A stretch of 64,000 bases of DNA from Entomortierella parvispora E1425. Its lineage: Eukaryota > Fungi > Mortierellomycota. The stretch lies in contig BQFW01000015.1 of NCBI GenBank assembly GCA_020891255.1, positions 992,001-1,056,000 on the forward strand. The letters are read 5' to 3'. The notes beneath the pieces were generated by a model, which did no database searches, was not told the DNA's origin, and saw only the letters and a program-made list of their open reading frames with translations. The position numbers and the translations under genes were made by a program. Shown in pieces: positions 50,621 to 62,327 of the stretch (position 1 is the first letter of the stretch; each line of letters begins with the position of its first letter).

Positions 50621-53131
50621 ATGGCGCGACTCAGAGGAGAGGGTGCACAAGACTGGCTGAATCAGCAGCTGACATCACCCTGGCATGGACATCAGACCGT
50701 AGCCTCTGGTTTGAGCAACGAGATCATTCTCAACATTCGAGAGCGGTGGTCGCAACTGGAAAGCAGTGTTCGCCTCGGAGTCCTGTTTTCTCTAATCAGT
50801 CTCAAGAAAGCACAGCAGGTCGAGCTCAGGGACAGATGTCAAGAGGTTTGTAGTTTTTCCTTTGGAGGCTACTCGGCTGCATCAGGAGAGGGCGTAAATT
50901 CTAATGCCCTTTTTTCACTTTTTGCATAGCTGATCGACCATGCCTGTTCGGACCCAGACGATTGGGTACGACTTGTGTCCCAGATGTTGAAGGATTATCC
51001 GAGCGAAGGAACCCTTCGATTCAACGTGGAACAATTTGCAGACCAAGCCCAGCTTGGGTCACTATTAAAAAGCTTGACGGATCATAGTAATATTCATTTT
51101 CTTGGATTCTGGCGTTTAGTATATGCGGTGGTCGAGATTGGGCTATGGTCACTGATTCACTTTTTTATTATTACATCCGAATAGTTTCCCAAAACGGCAT
51201 CAAATTTCACCCAAAAGAGTTTGCATATCTGAGCGAATCTGTTTGCAAAGCTGGCCAGGGACGCGATCCAAAAACAAAAAAATACCCGGCCATGACAGGA
51301 CCCTCACTGCAGACCCACTTTACTCTCATCGACGACAGTGACGAATCCATACATGGAGATCGGTCTGAGCGACTCAGGAAGATGGCGGATCAGGCTTCTC
51401 CTGCGGTCACTCTGCCTGGAGGAATACTTAGCAGCAGCAGCGCCAGTCTTGGGAGCGTATTGGACAGCAGTGTTGGTCCAGGCAGCAACGATGGAACATC
51501 CAGTGCGGAGGGTGGAAATAGCGCAAGCGGAGGAACAGCTGCAGGAGCTGGCTCCGTACAGGCTATTGGATCAAATGGATCACTTGCACCCGGAGTAGCG
51601 GCCACAACGGGACCAGGGGCAACAGCGCCAGGTGGATCAGGCACGGCACCTGGATTAGGAGGAAATGTTGCACTTGGTCCTGGAGGTGTACCTGCAAGGC
51701 CCGTCAAGAGCTCCGGACTCTTTGTAAAGTCAAAACCTTCAGGGACATCCTTCCTGCGGAACAATGCCCCCAGACCTATGCCACTCCCAAGGAGTAAGTA
51801 TCAAGATGCCTCTACCACTTGTAATTGTTGTAATGTATTACTTATTTATTTATTTTTTTTTTTTTTTTTGTAGATCCATCGCTTGGCCAGATTCCTACAA
51901 TTGCGGCGTCTCGTGGAAATCCAAAGGTTTCTCGAATTCAAATTCTGGATTTGCAGCAAGGGAATGAGATCATGCAATCCATGAATGATGCCAGAATCCG
52001 GAAAGAGCAAGGTGAGAAATTCTTGTATCTTTTGTATATTGAAGACAACCAACTATCAATGTCCTGGTCCCTGACTCTGGCTTTCGCCTTGTAGACGAGA
52101 AACGGGAAAAAGAACTGAAGAAGGAACAAAGATTACAGGAAATAGAGTTGAAAAAGCAACAGGATGCAGACAAGAAGGCTCAACTACTTCGAGAAAAGGA
52201 AGAAAAGAAAAAAGAGCGAGAAGACGCTAAGCGGGCGAAGGAGAAGGCAAAACAAGAAAGGGAAGAACAAGCAGCAGCCGCTTTGGCAGAGCGGGAACGG
52301 GAACGGGAACGGGAACGATTGGAGCAGGAGCGTTTACGTGAGCAGCAATCCCAAGCTGGAGAGATCCATGTGCTGGATGATGATGATCCCAACGAAGCAT
52401 CATTGTCCTCTGTGCCTGCCCGAAAGAAGTCGCGCCTTCATTCGTCTGATTCTAGACGAGGATCGCGTGACGGTGAGGATGACGATGACTATGATGGTAT
52501 CGACAATCCCAGCAGTAGCAATGGTCGCCCTGAACCCATCAACACTGGACAACGGGATTATGCATCAAATGCTATGAGTCCTACCACACCAGGATTGACG
52601 TCCACATATGCCCGCCAGAGTTTGTACGATACAGAACCTGCAGGGCAACAGACTCCAGGCCGCCAGGCTTCAAATGCCCCTACCGACTCTTACTTCCAAC
52701 ATCAGCATCAATACCAAAGCGAAGTGGTTCCTGGACAATCTCTGCAGTCACCATCCTCCGTGGTGGCCGAGCACCCCACTTTGTTTCAGGACACAAACCT
52801 TTTGCGACCAGAAGATCGGCAATATATTTCTCTATTCTTACAAGGACATCCAGGTAAGCATGTTGTTTTGTTGCTGTGGCTGCCTATCTTTCAATATCGT
52901 CAGAACCTAACCGAAGATCTACCTTCCTCTGTACCAGTGGTTCGTCCAAATGAAAACGCAACAACGACCCAGATCGTGATGAATCAGGAGCAAGTCCAAG
53001 ACGCAAATGGCAAGATTATGTACGAGCTCATTGTCATTGAAATGAACTTTGAGACTGGAGAGTGGAGAAAGATCAAACGCAGAAGACAAAAGCCTCATCA
53101 ACCAGACTTTTCTGCATCCAATGGCTCATAA
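50621..53131 (+). CDS. NELFA: Negative elongation factor A (NELF-A/WHSC2) homologue; 6 exons
   Basis: DWLNQQLTSPW...VASGLSNEIILNIRERWSQLESSVRLGVLFSLISL; E|LIDHACSDPDDWVRLVSQMLKDYPSEGTLRFNVE; FHPKEFAYL; C-terminal PEDRQYISLFLQG...QIVMNQE...IVIEMNFETGEWRKIKR. Both termini resemble recalled human NELF-A (WLHNKL...VIDNIR...VKLKLLL; DSDPWVLMVADILKSFPDTGSLNL; LPLECQYL; EKALILGFMAG...VFEMNYATGQWTRFKK). Confidence 0.85.
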
Positions 53132-53769
53132 CACCACATCCTTTTCAAGAGCATTGTAATAAAAAAGCTTTCACAGAAGTTGTGGTTCAATATGTGTACA
53201 TGGACTGAAAGTTCTATGCGATATCTATGGTATGAGGATGGAAGCAGTTCCTATTTCCCTCTTTTTTTTCTTTCTGTTTACTCGTCCATACCCTTCCACG
53301 CCTCTTCCAACTTTTTACGCTTCTCCTTCGACTTTTCAAAATGCTTCTTGCGATTGATATCAAACTGTTTGAAAGGAAGAGAAAGATGTCATCAGTGGAA
53401 AGAAAGAAAAAAAAGAAAGAAAGAGCTCAAGGTTCAAGATCACAATTTCAAGGTTTGCCGAATTCCCGAGAAAGGAGCTCGCTCTTTTTAACTTTGCTAA
53501 AGCCTCATACCTCGGCCTGTAGACAGTCGTTCATGGCAGCCTTAAGAGAGTTGCAACGGCCCAGGTACCGGTTGAGAATGTTTTCATTGTGACAATTGTC
53601 GAGCTCGACAATGATATCCTCGCAGGAAACATGCTTGTGAAGGTCCAACTTTGAATGCATTTTTTTGTGTGTTTGGAGTTTGACGATGATTTTGTGGAAG
53701 GATCAGGAACGGAAGAGCGAAGATGTGCTGCATGGTCCGCCCAAACGCCCCATTGGGGCTGATCCGGGA

Positions 53770-53811
53770 CACGTGATAATACGCAGTCACATAATACGAT
53801 ATGGTCACGTG
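53770..53811. promoter_or_regulatory. Two E-boxes upstream of tRNA-Asp
   Basis: CACGTG at 53770-53775 and 53806-53811; the tRNA starts at 53870. Confidence 0.68.
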
Positions 53812-53869
53812 ATAGACGTCGTGCAATTTGCTGAAAGACATCTCTAAATCTTATTCGTCATCAAGAAGA

Positions 53870-53941
53870 TCCCCGATAGTATAGTGGTGAGTATCTCCGC
53901 CTGTCACGCGGAAGACCCGGGTTCAATTCCCGGTCGAGGAG
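53870..53941 (+). tRNA. tRNA-Asp(GTC)
   Basis: TCCCCGATAGTATAGTGGTGAGTATC-TCCGC-CTGTCAC-GCGGA-AGA-CCGGG-TTCAATT-CCCGG-TCGAGGA-G; G73 discriminator; C4.A69 mismatch; TTTT downstream. Confidence 0.93.
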
Positions 53942-54092
53942 CTTATCTTTTGCCATTTTGCTCGAGGACAAGCTGGTAACCGCCAAAGCCAGGATAGCGG
54001 GCGGCCGGCATCTCTTTCTCTTTTCTGATGTCAAGAGATGGACCAGGACTCCCTAGTGTTTTTTTTAAGAAAAAAACAACAATTTATTTGAA

Positions 54093-57000
54093 TTACAGGT
54101 TCGAGTCTCTTCTAATACGGACGAGGTTTTCAACCCGCTTTTTGAAAAAAAGAACATAGGGTGTGTCAGCCGCACGACTTTTGGCTGCCTGTTCAACAGC
54201 CTCAAAGCTTGAAAGGGTTACACTCGTGTCATTGTATAACAACCACTGTCCATCCTGGTCTCCGCTTGTCGTCTTCTTGAAATCACATTCCTCTCCTTTT
54301 GATAATTCTACAAGAGAGGAAGAATGGGTGGTGCCGCTTGCTTTGATGTTGCTCGAGAGTTTGTCTTGGGAAGAGTTGTCTCTTGCGTATGTATAGTAGT
54401 GGCCGTGGTTGGCCGAATCGCCGGTATGGACTACAACCGCAAAGAGATCATACTGTATCTTGGAGAGCACTGGTGGCTGCCGGTCTTGAAACGTCGAACC
54501 AGAAGTCTCAAGCTGAATAGATTTCGAGAGTTGAATCTACACGCGACAGGCCGTTCATAAAGTGTATAAGAGACATTGTAGTTCACGGAACAGCTTGAGG
54601 AGGGCTATTAGTGTACCTACCGGCGTATTAATCTTGACGCGTCGCGACCTCTTGACATCAAACTCAAATCGATTCAAGGAAATAATGAGGTTCGTCGGCA
54701 AGGATCCAAGAGTTGTGCGCTTTTTTTTTAATCAAAAATAAATGATATAGGTGAAAAAAAAGAAAAGAAATGTTAGCATTGGTAGGATGGTACAACCTCC
54801 TTGACCAGCAGACGCGTGTCTGCGAAAAAAAAAAAAGCAAGCAGGTATCTATCCTACCCGTGTCGCGGACTGAAGGGACTTGCATTGGTCACAGAAGTAA
54901 GGATTCGAGTTTGCTTCGTTTAGTTCCTCAGTCGAAGGGTATATGTCGACTAGCCTCTGCAGATCTGCAGTAGTATCTATTTCCACAAACGTAATTGTAA
55001 GTAGAATGAAACATCCAACATCCCCTCTAACGATTACCGGTACCGTGCACGAAGAAGTGACCCATAGTCTCAACATCATATCATCGACAGCAAAGTTCTT
55101 TACCTGCATGAGGAATAGGAACTGCAAGGTCATAAAAGTTCTCCGTGTTCGAAGATAAGGTCCCACAGTTTCCGCACTGGATCTGATTGACAACTGTTCC
55201 ATGAAAGGACGACAGGGCCTTTTTTGAAGCCGGATCCTCATCCTCCAGTCGACTGAATAGGATTCTAGTTCAAAAAAGATAATACAGGTGAGAAACCAGC
55301 TGTTCACAACGCCACGCGTAGTATCTCTTTCTCCAAAAGAATGAGGACTTGAAATAGATGAAAAAAAGAGAGCGGAGTGAGGGGTTGTTCGACTTACTTT
55401 ATAAATTCAGCCGCGTCCTGCTGATGTCCATCGTTGAGCCATTCAGGGAGGGCTTTGTATAGCGCCGATGGGGTAAATATTGTCAAGCGTGAGGTCGACA
55501 AACTGACAAATGTTTCTCTTAATTTTGTTGTCATAACCTTGGACGGATCCACTCTAAAATGCGTGATTTTTTTTGTTTGTTTTGTGTGTACAGGGTATGA
55601 GCTAGAGTTCATACAGTTGCCATACCAGTATCAGCATCAGTTACTGACAACGATGGCCATGATGCTACACTTGACGTACCTGAGCGTCCCACCTAGGATC
55701 GCTTGCTTGAATTCTTCTGAGCAGAACAAGGCTCTCAAGGCACTGTTCATAAAGCACGAGTTTCCCAAGTTGACCAATCCGACTTTACCCAGGGGCTGAA
55801 CAAGCACCGCCCTGCGACGTGTTCCTGCACTTGTGTCTGTTGAAAGAAACGAAAGAAAATACCATGAGTCCTAACAAACAAAAGTAGCAGATCATACCCA
55901 AATATAGAGACCACACGGGACGGATCAGATATCGTCTGCACCTTACTTTGAATTTGAAGTCCTTTCTTCCAAGATGATTCCTGCATCGTCCGAATTGCCT
56001 CTGCTCTAGGTACAATCGGCTAGAAGGATGGTCAGAGCCTACTCTGTTGAACATATTCGAAATAACGCTTTCAAAACAAAGCATTAGCCTCAAAATATTT
56101 ACCAAGTCGAGAAAAACTCTCGCTTTTTGCACCTTGGTCCCCACATCGTCCGTGTCTCCAAAATGTATGACCAAAATCTGAGCCAAATTACAGACCTCAG
56201 TTGCAAATGCAGCATCCTCCTATTGTAAAAAAAAAGAAAAGAAAAGAGAAGCCGGGGGTCAGTTCTCTCATCAGACTCAACGCTCGGGAACAATAGGCTA
56301 TCTTGCACTTACGGGACCCTTGCGGCAATTGACAAGCAAAGGTATGAGACCTTTGGCCACGTTGTGAAAGAGAATCGGTGACTGGTGATAACCAAGAAGC
56401 ATGAATCGAAGGACCATAAAGGCGTCGTTTCTTCTGGCGCGAAATGCAAGCTGCCGAGCAACTAGAAAGTAATCAACGAGATAAAACATATAAGCAAAGA
56501 GTCCAGCTTCCTGGCGTTTCCAAAGAGCAAAAAAAAAAAAAAAAAAAAGGAAAGGCCAAAACATACTTTTGTATACGTTCTCTGTTGCCAAATCTCGAAG
56601 GAGTGCAAATTCTCCTCGAGAAGCCAAACTCTCCGTAATCGCCACAATCCAGACACCTATAACAACAGATGGTCAAGAAAAGTCCGCTTTAAGAATCAGC
56701 CTAAAGCATGTAAGTAGAGGTTACTCGAAAATGGATCCCACTTTACCGATTCCAGGGAGGTCGTAAGTTACAAGCCAGTCGATCAATCTCTGAACTGTAA
56801 ACCTCAATCGCCAGAGGTGCAAAGCGTCTATATTCTGGACAAACGGATCCACCACTATTCAAGCAACAGAAAATAGCCAGTATGTGTCTGAGGGTTGTAT
56901 CGCGTGGAGCCACACACATAGTTTTGATTGGTATTAGTAGAACGTCTTGTTACCTGAAGTGAACGATTCTGGCACCACTTGCAATAGGTAGCCTACACCC

Positions 57001-58310
57001 AAGGAGCATTCCCGTTGATCATCCGAAAGGTTGGAGAATAGCTGAGCAATGGTGATGAACACGTTGTCGGGGCTGTAGTTACAGTACGTTAGCGGCAAGA
57101 TCGTCCAAGATATCAAGAAGAGACGTCGCCTTATCCTTCTCTTACCTGCTTTCCCAGGACTGTTGGAGAAGCAAGATCGCGTTTTTGGAAGCCTTAGGTC
57201 CTTCTGGAGGGGCGGCACTGGCCAAAGGCAGGTTTGCCAAATGGTCAACTAGAAACTAGCGATAGAGCAAGCACACAGGCCAATGTCAGACCAAAAGTTT
57301 TTTCTTTGAGATGGGTACAAGGAAGGCATTTTATTCACATAATGGTAAATGCTGCGATTGGTTCTCACCTCAATATACTTGCTTATGGAAAGTGGACGAC
57401 TGGCAGGCACGTTCACAAACATGGCTACGAAAAGACACTACAAAGAAATAATCAAATTCTGACTGCTGCATCGCATGACTTGGCTTTCACAAGGATCGGG
57501 TAAAAACTTCAAAATACCTGGATCGGGTGGTCGGCAGGGTTTGTTGAGCCGAAGCAAGACTTTTCTGAAAAAGTGTGTAAAATGGCCATGTCCTGTTCGA
57601 TATTGATCTTTTCTTCTTCTGTCAAGGCGCACGCTAGACAACAAGTAACCATCAAATCGCTCAATGAGTGGGGGTTTGATAACTGGAGAGGGTCTATATC
57701 GAAGGTCCTTCCCGATCAGTTTACCTTCTTTTCGTTTCGCAACAGTAATCAAAAGAGGGATATTCCTTGCATAGTCCTGATTCTGAATGTATGTTGGCCA
57801 CAGTTATTGAAGAGACACAGATGTGAGGTGGAATTAGATCCAGACGTCAGGATCGAAAGCGAGCATCATTTCGTCATAGTCACCGGCATTACCGTGAAAG
57901 TAGCAGTAACGATACTCTGGAACCAATCGCTATGGAAGCGCGCAAAGAACAGTTGTCGGTGCGCAAGACTGATAGCCATGATAATACGGTCCCCAACCTG
58001 GATCTCGGCTACATTCTTGGCCTAAAACGAAAAAGACGCATGGATTTCGTCCGTGTTGCGGCGACTGTCAGTTTCGATTGATCGCATTGTTGGCGGTGAG
58101 CGAGAACAAGGCGTCCATCGAAGTGGGAGGGCCAGACAGACTGGGTTTATCTATCATTACCGCCGATTTCAGCTCCAGCCCCAAATCCAGTAGCACCGAA
58201 GCGTCGGGCGTGCTGAGTTGAGCGGTCCCGCCCAGCAGCTTTGTGATGGCAGCAGACTTGACATTGGGTTGCAGACTAGCAGCGAGGATGCTCCTGATGA
58301 GGGTCTCCAT
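54093..58310 (-). CDS. Ubiquitin C-terminal hydrolase, USP35/USP38-like; multi-exon
   Basis: N-terminus METLIRSILAASLQPNVKSAAITKLL resembles recalled USP38; Cys box GKVGLVNLGNSCFMNSALRAL; QQDAAEF; YFCDQCKS; His box YDLFAVVVHTGDSANHGHYYTYAR; WLLYNDTSV; TPYVLFF. Confidence 0.88.
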
Positions 58311-58669
58311 TGCCGAGTTGTTTCGTCCGAGGAATGGGAAAGAGAGCCAGATGGAATGAAAGAGAAAGAGAGAGAGAAGAAAAGAGAAGAGGAAGAAAAA
58401 AGAGACAACACCCGCACGCGCATGTGCCTGTTCTGTGATTTTGCGCCTCAGAGGCAGTGTGCAGTGCTGTGTGTGAGACGAGGGGTGGCTTTGTTTCCGT
58501 TGGGAAGACGCGCTGTGGAGAACGTCGAGTGCTTGCTTGCATGCATGCATGCATGTCGCTTCTACTCTCGTCCGTCCGTCCTTCCTTCCTCCTCTGTTCT
58601 TTTTCCTCTACGCCTTTCCTCTGTCTTCCTTGCCTTCCTTCCAATCCGAACACTGCGAAAGAGCCTAGC

Positions 58670-61600
58670 ATGCCGCCCAAGGGAGCCAATGTATGCCTGC
58701 CTGTCTCCACAACTGAATCATCTTTCCTCGATCGTCCATTCGCGTGCTTCTGTTGACACCCTTTCTTGTATGTTGCTCTTTTCTGGCGGTCTCTCCTTCT
58801 CTCTATCTACAGAAACGGGCAGCACCCGCAAGCCCCGTTCGCCAGGCGCCTTCTCGGTCTGCAAAGACACGCTCTCTGGCCAGCACCGCTTCTATGTACA
58901 AAGAAGCGGCCAAGTTTCGGGACTTTGACGACGAGGAGCAGGAGGATGAGGGTCTCTCAGATATTGTCAGTGATCCAGAAGATATTATCTCTGCCACAGA
59001 GAGCGAGGACGGGAGCAACCATGTGGGACAAGAGTCCATTGAGCTGGATTCGGATGATATGGGACAGGTGACGACCACCACCAGGAGACAGACGTCGGCC
59101 AAAAAGGGATCTAATTCTCGGTCAAAAAGTAGCGCGGTGACGGCAGCATCGCGGAAGGCCCCCAAAGCAGCCGAGCCAGCTGTTAGAAAGACACGGGCAG
59201 GAGCGCCCAAGGCGACGCCTGTATCACGAGCAGCAGCGAAACCAACATCTAGATCCTCTCCAAACTCAAGTTCGGCAGATAACAGGAAGAAAGCAAGTGA
59301 TCTGAAGTTTAACATTAGGACAGCTACCTCTGGGACACAGGCATCTTCCTCATCGTCGTCCTCATCTTCTTCAACGTTATCGACCTCGAAAAAGAGTTCT
59401 GGCGTTGCACAGAGCTTCAATGGAAAGTCTCTGGAGGAAGAAGCATGGGCAGAAAAGTATGCGCCCACAAATGTTAGTGAGCTTGCAGTCCATCCAAAAA
59501 AGATTGCACAGGTCCGAGAGTGGCTCGAGAAGTATACAGTAAGTGTGTTTGTCAAAGGGCGTCCATGAAATGAAAACACGACAAGGATTTGGTTTTTATG
59601 TTTTTGCAATTTTGACTTTTTTTTTTTTTTTAAAAAAAAAAACTCTTCTTTAGGCGGCAAAGAATCCACCTGGAGAGACTGGGGGGGCTATTTTGGTACT
59701 GACGGGGCCTGCTGGATCAGGGAAGACGACAGTACTGAGGATGTTGGCCAAGGAGATGGACTTGCATATTGTGGAGTGGATCAATTCCGTCAATGAGAAC
59801 AACATCATTCAACGACCTGGGCTTCCCGGCCAGGATTCTTGGCGGTCGAGCACTGTTGATGGCGGTAAGATAGAGCATGGCAATACTCAAACAGTCAGTC
59901 CAGATCGAAGGGAAAGTCCCAGAGACACTAACATAACTCACTTTTATACATGATGCAGAGTATATTCCTGTGATGAGGGCTTTCGAGGAGTTTTTTGCAA
60001 GGGCGCACAGATTTCAGCCTCTTCAAACGCAAGGCGACTCTGGCATTTCAAACTCGCCTTCTTCTTTCTCAAGAGCAAGTCCATTTGGAAAGAGAAAGAA
60101 TATTATCTTGATTGAGGATCTTCCACCCGTCACTGCCTACGCTTCTCGAAAGATCTTTCAGGACACCATCTCAAAGTTTTCAAGCTCAGGAGGAAACCGA
60201 TCATCTGCAGTACTGGTGATCATTATCAGCGACGTGTTCTCCAAGCAAAGCACCGAACTGCTCTTTGCTTCTACCCACGAATCCCGGGAACCAGCTCTCA
60301 CTATCCGGACACTATTACCAGCCAATCTTTTGACCAGAATCGATTCTGGAAAAAATCAGTTGTCCTCGATCAAAGAAATCAAGTATTAAGGATGGGCCTT
60401 TTGTTGTATCCATTGTTGTTTCGTGGTCAGTACCTAACACACTACCAATCTACGTCTCTCTGGTAGGTTCAACCCTGTCGCTGTCACGATTCAAAAAAAG
60501 GCACTAAAGAGTTTGGTGGACGAGGAATTCAGAGGATCCTCATCGGCCTATATGCCCGATACAGCTGAAATTGCTCAGCTCATTGACATCCACGATGGCG
60601 ATCTCCGAGCCACAATCAACGCCCTCCAGTTTCTCTGTTTACTAAAGACCAAAGAGAGAAAAAGACTGCAGGATGCTGCTCTCAAGTTACAGGAAGACCA
60701 GGCTGGATTCGGCGCCGCCATTGGCGGAGGGCCAGACCTGGAGAACATGTGAGTCAACATCCACCCTCTGTTGGAGACTCTTGCTGCACTTTGAGAAACT
60801 AATCATTTCTGAGCTGTCCTAAATAGACAAATTCAGGGTCAGGATTCATCATTAGGACTCTTTCACGCCGTGGCCAGGGTTTTGTATAACAAGAGTAAGT
60901 GAGGTCCATGGAGGCACGTTCATGGCGGTGCGCACAGGATGTTAACAATTGGCTTACTGTAGGAGACTGGAGTAAACCCCCTGCCACGTTTGACAGAGAC
61001 ATTGTAAAGATCCCTCCACATGCGTGGTCCAAACAACGGCCGCCCCTCTTATTTAATCCCGAAAAGGTATCTAGAGGAGCCATTTTATGAATGCATTGAG
61101 ATGTGGTCGCGTCTATCCCTAGTTTTTGTCAGGTTACCGACAGGCTTTTTCTACGCACATTATCTATTACTAGGATGTTGTCGAGAAGCTGCCAATTGAG
61201 CTAGACTTATATACGTTGATGTTGCACCAAAACTATGGACGACATCTGAACACGATCGAAGAGTGTAGCACCGCGATGGAGTACCTTTGTATTGCAGATC
61301 AATTTTCCGGAGCTAGCAGCTACACTCAAGCGGTGCAAATGCAACCTTACATGAGCTCTGTCGTCGTCCGAGGCCTCTTGTTTGCGCCCAAGAGTGCGGG
61401 GCCATCGGTCTCACGAGCGAGTTCAGGAGGCGCTAAAAAACACTGGTGGCCAGAGCTTTTTGCAGTGAACAGGGCCATGCGTGCAAATGATCAGATGCTT
61501 TATGAGGTAGCGTCTGATCTGGCAGGAGTCGAAATGAAAGGACTGTCGTCAGGCCATATTCATGGACCAGGTAAATACCAAGAGAGAATGAATACCTTGT

Positions 61601-62118
61601 CATTTTTTTTTTTTCTTTTTTCTTTTTCTTTTCGCACCAACATTTTAACATGGTCTTTGATAGGGTTCCTTCCCAAGGCTGTGATCCGACACGAGATTGT
61701 TCCAATATTGCACCGGTGCGTCTCCATGAATCCGTACATGCCAATCATGAATCAAGTCCTGCGACCCAGCTCCAAGAACTTTGTCCGTCATCAGGCTGCC
61801 GGATATGGCCTCAAGCTTGGAATGGAAAGAAAGAAAGAGTTTGGAGAGGGCGACGAGGGCTTTATGGAGGAGATCATGGTCCCTTCTTCGGATCCATTGA
61901 CTTCGTTTGGTGACGGTCTTGATCCTGGACCGCCTTTGACCAATGCCCCCTCTCCTAGTCAGAGTCCATGGAGTAACGGGGTCGGTTCTACATCTTCGGC
62001 CCCTCAGAGTACGTTCAAGCGTTCCCGCCCATTGCTTCAACAGCAATCGTTGCACTCGCACGGGAGCATTGGAACGTTGTCGCCGAATGAAGATCCGATC
62101 GAGGATTTTTCAGACTGA
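58670..62118 (+). CDS. RAD17: Checkpoint clamp-loader subunit Rad17/Rad24; about 8 exons
   Basis: Microexon MPPKGAN (58670-58690); WAEKYAPTNVSELAVHPKKIAQVREWL; Walker A LVLTGPAGSGKTT; IILIEDLP; IKFNPVA; GDLRATINALQF; LFHAVARVLYNKR. Confidence 0.92.
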
Positions 62119-62327
62119 GATCACCCGCGTTTGGAATGCTCCTATGTATCATAGCACATTGTACTTTTAGTAAAAACCATATCGCTCTGAAAGCTTGAGT
62201 GACCAGCCATTCTCTGTAAGGGGTTATATAGGTGTTATATGCGATTCACAGCATCATCGGGACGCGTGTTTATTTGTATGTCTTTTTTGTGGGAACAGAG
62301 AAAAAGAGATGAAAAAACACGGATCGC

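Noticed and set aside
7921-59669. Long antisense or alternate-frame ORFs (for example 7921-8802, 15352-15972, 46558-47136, 58803-59669)
   Set aside because: They are shadows of CAG/CAA-rich or GC-balanced real genes, giving poly-Leu/Ala/Cys translations.
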